Assembly: GCA_040754335.1 (NCBI GenBank)
Contig: JBFMCV010000005.1
Span: 263,586-327,585 of the forward strand
Origin: Thermodesulfobacteriota bacterium
GTDB taxonomy: Bacteria; Desulfobacterota_D; UBA1144; Nemesobacterales; UBA2774
Length of the DNA stretch: 64,000 nt
Reading direction: 5' to 3'
Shown here piece by piece: positions 47,801 to 57,477 of this stretch. A model generated the notes under the pieces. That model was not told the DNA's origin. It did not search any database and was given only the letters and a program-made list of their open reading frames with translations. The translations under genes and the position numbers were made by a program. Position 1 is the stretch's first letter. Every line of letters begins with the position of its first letter.

Positions 47801-49767
47801 TTACTACTGCGTTTCACTGGGCCGAGACGAATTTTTCGGCAATATGGCTCCGCCCGCGGTGGTATCTCGTCATAAACAGCGTGATATCGGACGTACAGAG
47901 CGCGGGCCTGACATTCGTGACCGGCGGCGACTATACGGAATCGAATTTCTTCCCCGGACAGTGGCAGCTAGCTAGGCAGAATGTATTTATAGGTCAGACT
48001 CAGCCCAATAATCCACTCGCGTCGGCCGCGGGACCTGTCAATAAGGGTACGAATCTTAAATGCGCGGACCAAACCAACGGCGTCGTAGTCAATAGTTATT
48101 GCCTACTCAAGGATGAGGGAATAAGCTTCCCCCTCGCAAATTTCGCGAACAACCAGCGTTTGTTCAATATATACGACGGCCCGAGTTTCGAAGACTCGAA
48201 TGCCTTTTTCGACATCAAAAAGACGTTTATAGACGATTGCACGGTTGGGCAAGGTAGCTGCTCGGCAAGTAAGTCGATGTACGGAAGGGTTCCGCTTATG
48301 CCTTATGATAAGAAGAAAAATCAGTGCTATCTGCCGAACGCAGCGATCGCATGGAAACAGCCGAACGGCTTTTACTACCCTCCGGCATTCCACTCTGCGA
48401 ACCTCTATTTCCGGAACAACGTCGATATACGCCATTTCGTTATAGAGCCGCTGTTTCAGCCGGGCAAGTTCGCATTCCAGTCTGACGACGAGCGCACAAA
48501 ACAGAATTACTGTACCTTCACACTTAACAACTCCGAAGGTTTCGGGGGATCGTTCGGCAATTTCTCTGCTATCGACAGGCAGACCATACTCAACGACGAC
48601 GACGGCTCGCTGACCGGGCTTAAGAACACGATATCCGTAAATGAGGACCCGTTTTTTAACGCTCCGACTGAAACGCTCGAATGTCAGTCGGAGGAGACGG
48701 CCAAAACCAGTCCTTATGACTATGTAACGACGGTCATATATCCGGACTGTGTGGCGAAAAAGAACTGCGGCGGTGTATGTAAAGTGGACAAGAAACCATG
48801 CGCCGATACCAGTAATTGCGCGGATATTCCGAATAATACGTGCGATGACAGTAACGCGTTCTGGAACAGCGACTGCGGGAGCTCTTTCTGCTACGGCGTC
48901 CCGCTTTACAGGCAGTTACTTACCAAAGACGAAGCAAGCAACACGAAAGGCGCCGAGATACGCATGATGGGAATGAACTTTTTCCAGAGGAGCAACCTCA
49001 CGGCAAACCACGGCGTTTATTACATTGATACTACGGTTTCAGATGCGAACCAGAGGGCGGGTCTGAATCTAGCGCCTCTTCAGAAGCCTTCCGTGAACGT
49101 ATTTAAGGGCGGTGAAACTTATTACGTACTCTTCATATTCGCCAAGGCTAACACGAAGCAGACTTACCAGATTTATGTCGGGAACGGGTTCGATCCTGAG
49201 AAAGACGTAAGCGGAATACAGTCCCCCCTTAAAAAGAGCCGTCCGCTCGACGTTAATTCTATAAGCTGGCCGGCTAAATGGACGAGAAAATGGTATAAAG
49301 ACGACCCGTCGACGGGCATCCTGGAAGTTACGGTGGATTTCAGTGACTTCAAGACGCAGTTCGATAACGCCAGGAAGGACAGGTGCCAGCCGGAGACTTT
49401 CTGCACGTGGACCGGTTCCGCCGCTACGGGCTCGTGCGGATGTTCTGATAAGCTGAAGACGAGCAACCCCGAGCTCTACGCTGAATGCACAAAGTCGCTC
49501 GGGGATAATAAGAACAATATATGCAGCTGGGCTGTGAGAGCGGTCGACTGCCCCGAGGGCGGCTGCTACGGGTTTGCGGTCAATCTGAAGAATGATCCCC
49601 CGGCCGAGCCTATTGCCCCTCCGGCGCCGTGCTGCTTCCCCGATAACCCAGACTGGAATGTTAACTTCAGCCCGGTGGGACAGAACGTAGCCGGGAGCTG
49701 TCAGGACTCGAATCCGCCGAAACCTGAGTTCTGCACTTCTCCGGTATGTCCGACGACACAGTTGTAA
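44872..49767 (+). CDS. Giant secreted protein 2 (about 1630 aa), paralog of 38980-44622, lacking the TSP3 repeats and the C-terminal sorting signal
   Basis: Same GTG/RBS context as copy 1, which is why I prefer 44872 over the upstream ATG of the ORF track. The first roughly 220 aa are identical, then about 55-60% identical through the core. Ends ...EFCTSPVCPTTQL. Confidence 0.85.
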   Translation: MTRIRKYFPLIIFIIPVTAILLILGPTRFNKPVKGSSDSLSVRTENDFVTDPGLVALPGEDIVAVLLESQDCSVLEKDTGGKGYDIIPYRYTAPMEQTFCWDDRNKGAGHYMVLVDDEGVEVLQVNANGECATGTVEAGDYEMRVFHDEETEKNVAVFIVPENNKSTLSTASDETLENISTFLDTDRCVGCDLSGANLYNADLSGVDLEGAKLNDAILANANLSGANLKGAELRNADLTGAKLKGATLAGADLTNAVLINSDLSDADLTAANMEGADVTGANFGNANLTGVLQTKSADTGADAGEDIVSLSEELEAAPTDTCSEGKLAPGDGTKDLLISAKCDVSAGVYLYQNVNVIQNGVLNFVDGGGETHFWAKSILVENNGTISAGTTQAPFGKNKSVLTIHLYGGDSDKTGIECRTPKQNTNDPPCGIDKNVWTSNGGSKVTLPPGNISDYFYQYTQHDNTQGETGFFGRKVLAVSYGGTLKLYGKKGAKYGDNIPNYDSGTSWVRLKNDKDASKTLIFLDRDVDWEVGDRIVVTTTDYLPGHSEELQIVKKEGPRKLRITIVDPATNMPPAGCVTDNPNVDKCGLRWVHNGDTYPDTDFNFQSDDLKRLSLNIKLANGGVDNGKALAETRAAVALLSRSIRIVSAGDSIPAESGRKCKFDCFPTGFYGGHTMLRQGIKLVQIQGVEFYQLGQGGRKGRYPVHLHLLRKAPPTTFVKDSSINESMTRWITFHGTQNVTAARNVGWKSIGHGYYLEDGTETDNKLYSNIGIFARAALNNVQNPRQVPGILAYAVADVPFGKQDTVAVPYHSDYAQPAVFWIMNGWNDFEYNMAAGANACGICYWWLPGAISGMSQDQKWESYASQQSNLGRAGLTPLKNFKGNYCSSAMNAFNSIQDISPCLGVGGIGGTFPTLEPVTVGNISPAPKPGEGERYYPKVNGSHNPTKCDQTDCSNAPVCTSGDRKNCVVAVIDRLTTAFHWAETNFSAIWLRPRWYLVINSVISDVQSAGLTFVTGGDYTESNFFPGQWQLARQNVFIGQTQPNNPLASAAGPVNKGTNLKCADQTNGVVVNSYCLLKDEGISFPLANFANNQRLFNIYDGPSFEDSNAFFDIKKTFIDDCTVGQGSCSASKSMYGRVPLMPYDKKKNQCYLPNAAIAWKQPNGFYYPPAFHSANLYFRNNVDIRHFVIEPLFQPGKFAFQSDDERTKQNYCTFTLNNSEGFGGSFGNFSAIDRQTILNDDDGSLTGLKNTISVNEDPFFNAPTETLECQSEETAKTSPYDYVTTVIYPDCVAKKNCGGVCKVDKKPCADTSNCADIPNNTCDDSNAFWNSDCGSSFCYGVPLYRQLLTKDEASNTKGAEIRMMGMNFFQRSNLTANHGVYYIDTTVSDANQRAGLNLAPLQKPSVNVFKGGETYYVLFIFAKANTKQTYQIYVGNGFDPEKDVSGIQSPLKKSRPLDVNSISWPAKWTRKWYKDDPSTGILEVTVDFSDFKTQFDNARKDRCQPETFCTWTGSAATGSCGCSDKLKTSNPELYAECTKSLGDNKNNICSWAVRAVDCPEGGCYGFAVNLKNDPPAEPIAPPAPCCFPDNPDWNVNFSPVGQNVAGSCQDSNPPKPEFCTSPVCPTTQL

Positions 49768-49782
49768 TGTTTAAGTGATCTG

Positions 49783-49814
49783 AATAGTCTGCTGCCGGTC
49801 CGAGAGGGCCGGCG
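49783..49814 (+). terminator. Possible intrinsic terminator after giant protein 2
   Basis: CCGGTCC-GAGAG-GGGCCGG hairpin, then a weak T tract (CTCTTT). Confidence 0.3.
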
Positions 49815-49890
49815 GCACTCTTTGGGACGTACACTCCTGTTAAAATAATCCTGTGCAAGCGAGGCTATTGTCCGGCTCGTAGCTTTGTAT

Positions 49891-50686
49891 TCAAACAGTC
49901 TCGGATCGCCCTGCCTTACTTGCTTTATAAGAGTAGTAAAGAAGGAAAGCGAGCATCGATAGCCAGATAACCGCTTGGCCGGTCCTGAATAGTGTCCCGA
50001 GCGGGGGCTGGAGCTGGAGAAAGAAGGCAGGTGAAAGTAGCCCGAGGCAGGAGAGGATTAAAATCAAGACCGCTGCTCTTCTCTGGTTTTCTGAAAGCCC
50101 TCCGCTTCTTAACAACCTGAATACCGCAACAATAGGGATTAATATCAGCAGGTCGTCATAGAGCCTGTGGTAGGTCCATAACCGCGCGATTATGGCTATG
50201 ACGCCTAGCTGGATCCATATATCCGTTTTACGGTATTTATAAACCCATATTCCCGAAGCGGCCATCAATATCAGCGAGGAAGGGAGCAGCAGGTATTTCA
50301 TGCCGAAGGGGCCTAGAAAGTGATGGATGTTGGCGTAACCGCCTCTGGTGATGATAATTGAATTAACTTCGACCCAGCGGGACGAGTATTGAATAATATC
50401 CATGTCACGGAACGAGAGCGCCAGGAATGTGAGAAAGATATATGCGGCGGCAACAGATATTATTACCCTGAAAGCTCTTTGGGAAATAAGTATTATGAGG
50501 AAAAAGGGCGCCTCCGTTTTTCTCAAGTACAAACACGAGCCGCCATATCTCGTAAGAGAGCCTCGACACGGCAAGAATACCCATTGACCACAACAACGCA
50601 TTGAGAATTCTCTTGCGGTTCCTAGCCGACCATGCTTCGATAGCGGAGAGACGGGAAAGAGTCGAGGAGCTAATGTTGAAAGCCAT
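49891..50686 (-). pseudogene. Disrupted tandem paralog of the 50953-52167 membrane protein (frameshift plus internal deletion)
   Basis: The 236 aa ORF matches the C-terminal half of the neighbour at about 70% (RGGYANIH ... IWIQLGV.AI.ARLWTYHRLYDDLLI ... FRTGQA.IWLSMLAFLLYYSYK). A separate 93 aa ORF (50405-50686) in another frame matches its N-terminus. About 100 aa of the middle are missing. Confidence 0.5.
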
Positions 50687-50952
50687 AATTTATAAGATGC
50701 CGATAGATTTCGTGTTTGGACGATATAATATTTTTTCTTATCGAGCGAGTCAATGAGGGCGGCGCATAGAATATTATCGAATTCATCAGCGGATAAAGGT
50801 CAGGAGTGCGGGTATGTATTCCAATAAACCATACATGTTTCATAACAATAGATTCGTGGGATGCCGATTTCGGAATGTTTGGCCGGAGTAAGCGGTAAAT
50901 ATATGATAGTCGGCATTATCGACGCGGGTCAGGCAGGACTTTCCTGTGGATA

Positions 50953-52167
50953 TCAGCTCTTGAAGACGGGTCCTGTCCTCTCTGTTTTATAGGAGTAGTA
51001 AAGAAGGAATGCCAGCATCGATAGCCAGATAAACGCCTGGCCGGTTCTGAAAGGTGTCCCGAGAGGAAAAGGGAGCTGGAGGAAGGACCCGGGAGAGAGT
51101 AGGGCCAGCCAGGAGATAAGGAGCAGGAGGTCGGCTGCGAGACTCTCATTCGGAGAAAGTTTATCAGTTCTTACTATTCTGAAGATTGCAATCATCGGAA
51201 CGATAATCAACAGGTCGTCGTACAGGCGGTGATAAGTCCAGAGACGAGCGACAATAGCAGCGACCCCGAGCTGAATCCAGATGTCAATTTTCCGGAATTT
51301 GAATAACCAGAGTGAGAACGCTGCGATGAGGACGAATGAGGCAGGGAATATTAATCGTTCGAGGCCAAGGGTAATGAGCCAGATGTGGATGTTCGCATAT
51401 CCACCCCGTGCCGCCACGGCGGAACAATCATGAAGCCAGATTTGAAGCGTCTGAACAAGGCCCTCGTCTCTGTACGATATTGCAACGTAGGTCAGAACTG
51501 AATAACCGCAGGCTGCAATAGCTAAAGGGCGGATAGCTCTTTGGGTAATGAGCGCTATCAGAAAGAACGGCGCTGTAACGGTGATCTTGAGTGAGGCAAA
51601 AAGGAAAAGCAAGGAGAGAATGACGTCCTTGATTATGCTGATTTCACGCTCGCTCTCCATCAACACAGCCGTTAGGATGCACGGAAGGAGAAAGAGGATG
51701 ACCTGACCGTTCCCGATCGTTATTCCTGTCGGGTAGATTGACAGGATAAATAGAGCAGCGAATATTCTCTCTTCCCTTTTCTCGATACCGGTTTCTGCTG
51801 ACACTATTCGAAAGAGCCACACAATTGAGACTGCATATAAAGCCGCCCAAAGCCATCTCGTCGATTCGAAGGAGAGCCATCCCGTGAGCGGCCAGATTAT
51901 CGCGTAGGTCGCGGGAAGGTGTATGATCTCAAAGAGCGCCTCTCCTTTGAACCATTGGTCGACGCTTTCATAGATGATTCTGAGATCGATCGCTCCGTTC
52001 CAATTATGGTCGAGCAGGAGGCGCCAGAACTGATATCCCAGTCTCGTTACCGCAAGTATGGACATCAAAACAAATGCGATTCTGAATAACGGCGCTCGCG
52101 GATGACGGCACCGCCGCTGAATTACGGACAACCGTTTTGTAAATGAAGCACCGGCCGGGGAGCTCAT
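50953..52167 (-). CDS. Polytopic membrane protein, putative polyprenol-phosphate-sugar-dependent glycosyltransferase (DUF2029/GT87-like, tentative)
   Basis: About 10 TM helices, 404 aa. The family assignment is by topology and size only. Confidence 0.5.
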   Translation of the reverse strand: MSSPAGASFTKRLSVIQRRCRHPRAPLFRIAFVLMSILAVTRLGYQFWRLLLDHNWNGAIDLRIIYESVDQWFKGEALFEIIHLPATYAIIWPLTGWLSFESTRWLWAALYAVSIVWLFRIVSAETGIEKREERIFAALFILSIYPTGITIGNGQVILFLLPCILTAVLMESEREISIIKDVILSLLFLFASLKITVTAPFFLIALITQRAIRPLAIAACGYSVLTYVAISYRDEGLVQTLQIWLHDCSAVAARGGYANIHIWLITLGLERLIFPASFVLIAAFSLWLFKFRKIDIWIQLGVAAIVARLWTYHRLYDDLLIIVPMIAIFRIVRTDKLSPNESLAADLLLLISWLALLSPGSFLQLPFPLGTPFRTGQAFIWLSMLAFLLYYSYKTERTGPVFKS

Positions 52168-52407
52168 ATGGTCCAGCCTACGATATTATCATATCCAGCC
52201 GGCGCTTTATACAGATTCCGGGGCCGGATGCCGTTCCGGGACCGGGCGCACCCGACCCATGCCTCAATTTATTTCGGGACTGCCGCAGCACGGACTGGAA
52301 TGCGCTATTTTTTAGACCGGCTTTCAAATCAATTAAATTATTTTATTATCATTAGTGATTCCGGTGGGATTGCCGCCAGAGGGATCAACACACACTAGAG
52401 CTTAAAT

Positions 52408-53838
52408 ATGATGAAGGTCGGTGTCATAGGCGCGGGTCCCGCTGGTCTCTCATGTGCGTATCAGCTGGCTAAGGCGGGTATAAAAACAGACGTGTACGAG
52501 GCGAGCGGTCACGTCGGCGGGCTTGCGAGGTCGTTTGACCTGTGGGATCAGCGTGTCGATCTTGGACCACACCGTTTTTTCAGCAAAGACCCCCGCGTAA
52601 ACAGGCTCTGGCTCGAGGTAGTGGGCAGGGACTATCTGATGGTCGACCGATTGACGAGGATCTTGTACAATAACCGGTTCTACCGCTACCCCCTTCAGGC
52701 GGTAGACGTCGTCACGAAGCTCGGGGCTGCCGAGATGTCTCTTTGTTTATTAAGCTACATGCGGCAGAAAGCTGCCCCTACGGAGAGCGGGGGTGAGGAG
52801 ACGTTCGAGAACTGGGTTGTCAGGAGGTTCGGCAGGAGACTGTTCGAGATTTTTTTTAAAACTTACAGCGAGAAGCTATGGGGTATACCCTGCAGCGAGC
52901 TCGACGCCGATTTCGCCGTACAGAGGATTAAAAAGTTTTCGCTTTTCGAGGCGCTCAAGGCCGCGGTCTCGACCGATAAGTCGGGTAAGCATAAGACGCT
53001 CGTAGACAGGTTCGCTTACCCCGTGGAAGGTACGGGAATGGTCTATGAGCGGATGGCGGCTTATGTCTCGGAGAAAGGCGGGAATATCTACCTGAAGGCG
53101 CCAATCAAAAGGGTTATCAATACGGCACGGGAAGTTAAGGGCATCGAGCTTATGGACGGCAGGACGGAGAATTATGATAAAATCGTCTCTACTATGCCGC
53201 TGCCGCTGCTCGTTCTCGGTTTGCATGGTGCGGATACGGAGGCGATTGCTTCCGCGAAAGCCCTCAAGTTCAGGAATACAATACTGGTCTATCTGAATGT
53301 CCGGAACGATAATCTATTCCCCGACAACTGGGTTTATGTCCATTCGCCGCAGATGAAGGTGGGGAGGATCACAAATTTCAGGAACTGGTCGCCCCGTTTA
53401 TACGGAGCGTCAAGCAACTCGATACTGGCGCTCGAATACTGGTGCGATGAATCGGACGCATTCTGGTCATGGGACGATAATAAGCTGATCGAATTGGGAA
53501 TGAAGGAGATAAACGACACGGGGCTCGCGAGGGCCGGAGATACGAGCGAGGGTTATGTGCACCGAATAAACAGATGCTATCCGGTATACATGAAAGGGTA
53601 CAAAAAACTTCTGAAACCGATTGAGAAGTACCTTGACGGAATGAAGGGGCTGACCGTGATCGGACGGTACGGTGCGTTTAAGTATAATAACCAGGACCAC
53701 AGCATATTGATGGGCATCCTGGCAGCAGAAAACATAGTTAACGGTGCGGAAAATAATCTATGGGCCACGAACACAGATTACGAATATCAGGAGTCCGCTT
53801 TGATCACGGAGACCGGCCTCGTCGAATTGAATAAATGA
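52408..53838 (+). CDS. FAD/NAD(P)-binding oxidoreductase of the amine-oxidase/UDP-galactopyranose-mutase superfamily (UGM-like)
   Basis: N-terminal dinucleotide fold VGVIGAGPAGLSCAYQLAKAGIKTDVYEASGHVGGLARSF, followed by DLGPHRFFSKDPRVNRLW, resembling the Glf GAHIFHTND segment. 476 aa. Confidence 0.65.
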   Translation: MMKVGVIGAGPAGLSCAYQLAKAGIKTDVYEASGHVGGLARSFDLWDQRVDLGPHRFFSKDPRVNRLWLEVVGRDYLMVDRLTRILYNNRFYRYPLQAVDVVTKLGAAEMSLCLLSYMRQKAAPTESGGEETFENWVVRRFGRRLFEIFFKTYSEKLWGIPCSELDADFAVQRIKKFSLFEALKAAVSTDKSGKHKTLVDRFAYPVEGTGMVYERMAAYVSEKGGNIYLKAPIKRVINTAREVKGIELMDGRTENYDKIVSTMPLPLLVLGLHGADTEAIASAKALKFRNTILVYLNVRNDNLFPDNWVYVHSPQMKVGRITNFRNWSPRLYGASSNSILALEYWCDESDAFWSWDDNKLIELGMKEINDTGLARAGDTSEGYVHRINRCYPVYMKGYKKLLKPIEKYLDGMKGLTVIGRYGAFKYNNQDHSILMGILAAENIVNGAENNLWATNTDYEYQESALITETGLVELNK

Positions 53839-53859
53839 GCGGGCATAAATCACAACATC

Positions 53860-55305
53860 ATGTCCAGAAACGGCGTTTTGCAAAGATATTCATCGCATCT
53901 CAAAATTCTGATGAAAAAAGATACTGAGGACGTGCTGTGGCGGGTCTTGTTATGGGGGATATTTGCGGGAATCCTCGTCTCTATTTTTTTCTATTCGTAT
54001 AATCGGGAATTTGATCCGGATGAAATAGAGCATTTACATACTGCATGGAAAATCGCTCAGGGTCAGGAAATATTTGTCGATTTCTTTCAGCACCATCATC
54101 CGTTCTTCGATTACTTGATTACACCAATTATCCGTACTTTCGGGGCCACCGTCGAGTCCATATTCGTTAGTCGTTATTTCATGTTATTGTTCACTGCTTG
54201 TATTTTGATTACGACCTATCTGTTGTCTCTCAGAATATTCAAGAATTCCGAAGTGGGAATCATCAGTTTGATATTGACCTCGACTGACATTACGTTTTAT
54301 ATGAAATCGATCGAGATCAGGCCCGACGTTCCGCAAGTACTGGCGGGACTTTTATCAATATATTTTTTATTTGTCTACTATGATAGAAAGTCTCTCAAGA
54401 GTCTTATAGCCAGTTCGGTATTCCTGGCAGTCTCTTTTCTTTTTCTGCAAAAAAGCATTGTTTTAATTATTGCTATCGGCGCACTGCTGCTTTACGACGT
54501 ATTCAAAAAGTACGTTACCTACCGGCATGCAGCCCTATACGCGGCGGTCTTTATAATATCGATATCGCCGTATTACATATATGTCTTGCTGAGCGGTACT
54601 TTTGAGCAATATTTTGTGACAAACTGGTTAGTCAACTATCATCTTCATGAGGGTTCAGGAATGCTGGATATCTATCTTGTAATCGCGAGAGAGAACACCA
54701 TTACGTTGGTCCTTTACCTGATAGGCGTGATAACGATGTTCGGGTTGGGCATGGAAAGGAGATTTGCTGCGCTTTCGCTCCTTCTGATGATCATCCCATC
54801 AATTTTGTTTCATAACATCTTGAGGCAGTACCTGGTGCTTGCAGTGCTCCCCTTCTGTATTATCGCGAGCTACGCGCTTTATTCGGTTTTTGACAGAAGG
54901 CTGTTCAGGCTAATCGTTGTAATAGGGGCAATATATATACCTCTAATCTACACTCACAATTATGGATTTTTCAGATTGGATAGACGGGGTCAGAGAGATC
55001 AGCTGGCTAAAATTGAATATGTGTTGTCGATAACCGACGAAAACGACAAAGTTTATGACGGCAATGTCATATTTAATGTATTTCGTGACGACATCGATTA
55101 TTTCTGGTTTTGCATGGAGCATTCGTCCTGTCTCGATGCGTATAAGAAAGTAACGGGTTACAAATATAACGTCTATGATTCGATCGTTGCAAAGAAGCCT
55201 AAAGTCATATCGACTTACGAAATTGGCAGTCTCGATGACGTAAGAATCAAGAATAACTATAAAGTGTCGGAGAGGTATCCGGATTTGTTAATAAGAGTGG
55301 ATTAG
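53860..55305 (+). CDS. GT-C-like integral-membrane glycosyltransferase candidate with a C-terminal soluble domain (paralog A)
   Basis: About 10 TM helices. First-loop motif FDPDEIEHLHTAWKI (DE motif as in PMT/ArnT). About 130 aa C-terminal soluble domain. About 60% identical to 55489-56883. Confidence 0.55.
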   Translation: MSRNGVLQRYSSHLKILMKKDTEDVLWRVLLWGIFAGILVSIFFYSYNREFDPDEIEHLHTAWKIAQGQEIFVDFFQHHHPFFDYLITPIIRTFGATVESIFVSRYFMLLFTACILITTYLLSLRIFKNSEVGIISLILTSTDITFYMKSIEIRPDVPQVLAGLLSIYFLFVYYDRKSLKSLIASSVFLAVSFLFLQKSIVLIIAIGALLLYDVFKKYVTYRHAALYAAVFIISISPYYIYVLLSGTFEQYFVTNWLVNYHLHEGSGMLDIYLVIARENTITLVLYLIGVITMFGLGMERRFAALSLLLMIIPSILFHNILRQYLVLAVLPFCIIASYALYSVFDRRLFRLIVVIGAIYIPLIYTHNYGFFRLDRRGQRDQLAKIEYVLSITDENDKVYDGNVIFNVFRDDIDYFWFCMEHSSCLDAYKKVTGYKYNVYDSIVAKKPKVISTYEIGSLDDVRIKNNYKVSERYPDLLIRVD

Positions 55306-55488
55306 GTCGATGAGAGTCGCTGAAAGAATTGATATCCACGTGGTTGGAACGGAAGAGAAAAATGTCTTAACCTTACTTTTCGCCCCGGAACCGGCCTTGT
55401 TGAATTGAATAACCGACCGGCATGCGGAGTTCATCATCATGTTTTGGCAGAAAGTGAAGTCACGGTTAGCATTGTAACTACAATCTAA

Positions 55489-56883
55489 ATGCTAAAGAAT
55501 CATAATGATATAGTCTGGACAGTTCTTCTATGGGTATTGTTTTTGGGGATACTGGTCTCCATATTTTTCTATTCGTATAACAGGGAGTATGACCAGGACG
55601 AGATCGAGCACCTGCACACGGGATGGAAGATCGTTCAGGGACAGAAAATCTATATTGACTTCTTTCAGCACCACCACCCGTTCTACGATTACATAATTGC
55701 GGCGGTCATCCGTACATATGGGGAAACCGTCGATTCCATATTCGCAAGTCGCTATGTCATGTTATTGCTCACCGCGGGGATTCTGGCTGCAACCTATCTT
55801 ATATCCGTCAGGGTGTTCAAGAGCGCCGAGGTCGGCGTCTTAAGCATGATACTGACTTCCACGGTAATTACGTTCTATATGAAAACTATAGAGATCAGGC
55901 CCGATGTCCCTCAGGCTCTTGCCGGACTTCTGTCGATATATTTCCTGTTTTCGTACTACGATAAGAAGTCTCTCAAGAGTCTTATAGCGAGCTCGGTATT
56001 CCTGGCCGTCTCTTTTCTCTTTCTGCAAAAAAGCATCGTTCTAATCGTCGCCATCGGCGCGCTGCTATTGTTCGACTTATATAAGAAGCGTATCGGATAC
56101 CGGCACGCTGTTATTTATGCGGGGACGTTCCTCATAGCGGTTTCGCCGTATTACATCTACCTGCTGCTGAGCGGCACGTTCGAGCAATATATCGTGATGA
56201 ACTGGCTCGTGAATTATTACATCCCGCAGGTCTTCGGCAAGGTTCATACTCTTGTCGCATTTTCAAGAGAGAATACAATAACATGCGTTTTTTACCTGAT
56301 AGGTCTGATAATATTGATGAGGACGGGTAAGTGCGGGAGGTTCGCAGCTCTGTCGGTCTTGCTGATGCTCTTGACCGTAATCGTATTTAACAACCTCTGG
56401 AGACAATATTTTTTGCTCTCGATTCCCCCGATTGCCATAATTGCGAGCTACGCTCTTTATTCCAGTTCCAACAGCAGGCTGATAAGACTCGTCTTTCTGA
56501 TTGGAGCCATATATTTCCCTGTGTCGTATATGCACAATTTCGCTCTTTTCAATATGGATGGGTCTCGGCAGCGTCAGCAGTTGGCCAAGATTGAGTATGT
56601 GTTATCAATAACGGACAAGGACGACAAGGTTTACGACGGCAATGTAGAATTCAACGTATTTCGCGACGATATTGATTTTGTCTGGTTCTGTATGGAGGAT
56701 CCCTCGTGTCTCGATGCCTACAGGCAGGTTGAGCCATATCAATATAACGTCTACGATTCGGTCGCCGCGCGGAATCCGAAAGTTATTTCTGATTTCGGGA
56801 TATACAGTTTCAATGACGTAAGGATAAGGAAAAAATACAAGAAGTCGGACAGATATCCTGACCTTTATATAAGAGTGGATTGA
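55489..56883 (+). CDS. GT-C-like integral-membrane glycosyltransferase candidate (paralog B, tandem)
   Basis: Same architecture and motifs (YDQDEIEHLHTGWKI ... RYPDLYIRVD). Tandem to paralog A. Confidence 0.55.
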   Translation: MLKNHNDIVWTVLLWVLFLGILVSIFFYSYNREYDQDEIEHLHTGWKIVQGQKIYIDFFQHHHPFYDYIIAAVIRTYGETVDSIFASRYVMLLLTAGILAATYLISVRVFKSAEVGVLSMILTSTVITFYMKTIEIRPDVPQALAGLLSIYFLFSYYDKKSLKSLIASSVFLAVSFLFLQKSIVLIVAIGALLLFDLYKKRIGYRHAVIYAGTFLIAVSPYYIYLLLSGTFEQYIVMNWLVNYYIPQVFGKVHTLVAFSRENTITCVFYLIGLIILMRTGKCGRFAALSVLLMLLTVIVFNNLWRQYFLLSIPPIAIIASYALYSSSNSRLIRLVFLIGAIYFPVSYMHNFALFNMDGSRQRQQLAKIEYVLSITDKDDKVYDGNVEFNVFRDDIDFVWFCMEDPSCLDAYRQVEPYQYNVYDSVAARNPKVISDFGIYSFNDVRIRKKYKKSDRYPDLYIRVD

Positions 56884-56911
56884 TGCCCGCTGACGGCATG
56901 GAGGTTATATT

Positions 56912-57469
56912 GTGATTCTGAATGACCTTGCTTTGTTTTCATCTCTTTTTCTATTCCAGATACTATTATTCTGTCTTCTGCAAATCGTAATTCTGAGGAT
57001 TTTTGCGGAAATCAACATTCTATGCTCATCGGCAGTTGCCGTCGTTCTGAGCGTATCATCGGTAACAATCCTGAGCTATTTTCTTGTCTCCGGCCTGTTT
57101 TCCACTCCCCAATCATACGCCGTTTCGGCTGCGGGGAGCGGAGCGGCTGCAGTATTCGCCTGCGGCCTCTATACGTTTTTGGGGCCGGCTACCGCGGACC
57201 GGTCATTGGCATGTCAGCTGCTGGTATTCCTTTATGGCAGGGCCGGGACCGCATACGGGCTGGAGGAACTGAATCTTCGTTTCGACTCTCTGGGTTTTAT
57301 CGAGAAGCGAATAAACGAATGCAGGAGAGAGGATATTATCGAGGATTTTAACGGAACGGTGGTATTGACGGAAAAGGGGAAAAGGATCGCGAAGGTCTAT
57401 ATATTTCTTCTCCGCTCACTCGGTCTTCGCGAAAGAAGTGATTACAAGGAATATTTCCCGAACGGTTAG
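56912..57469 (+). CDS. Hypothetical small membrane protein with a C-terminal soluble domain
   Basis: Three predicted TM segments. ORF only. Confidence 0.35.
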   Translation: MILNDLALFSSLFLFQILLFCLLQIVILRIFAEINILCSSAVAVVLSVSSVTILSYFLVSGLFSTPQSYAVSAAGSGAAAVFACGLYTFLGPATADRSLACQLLVFLYGRAGTAYGLEELNLRFDSLGFIEKRINECRREDIIEDFNGTVVLTEKGKRIAKVYIFLLRSLGLRERSDYKEYFPNG

Positions 57470-57477
57470 CACGCATA

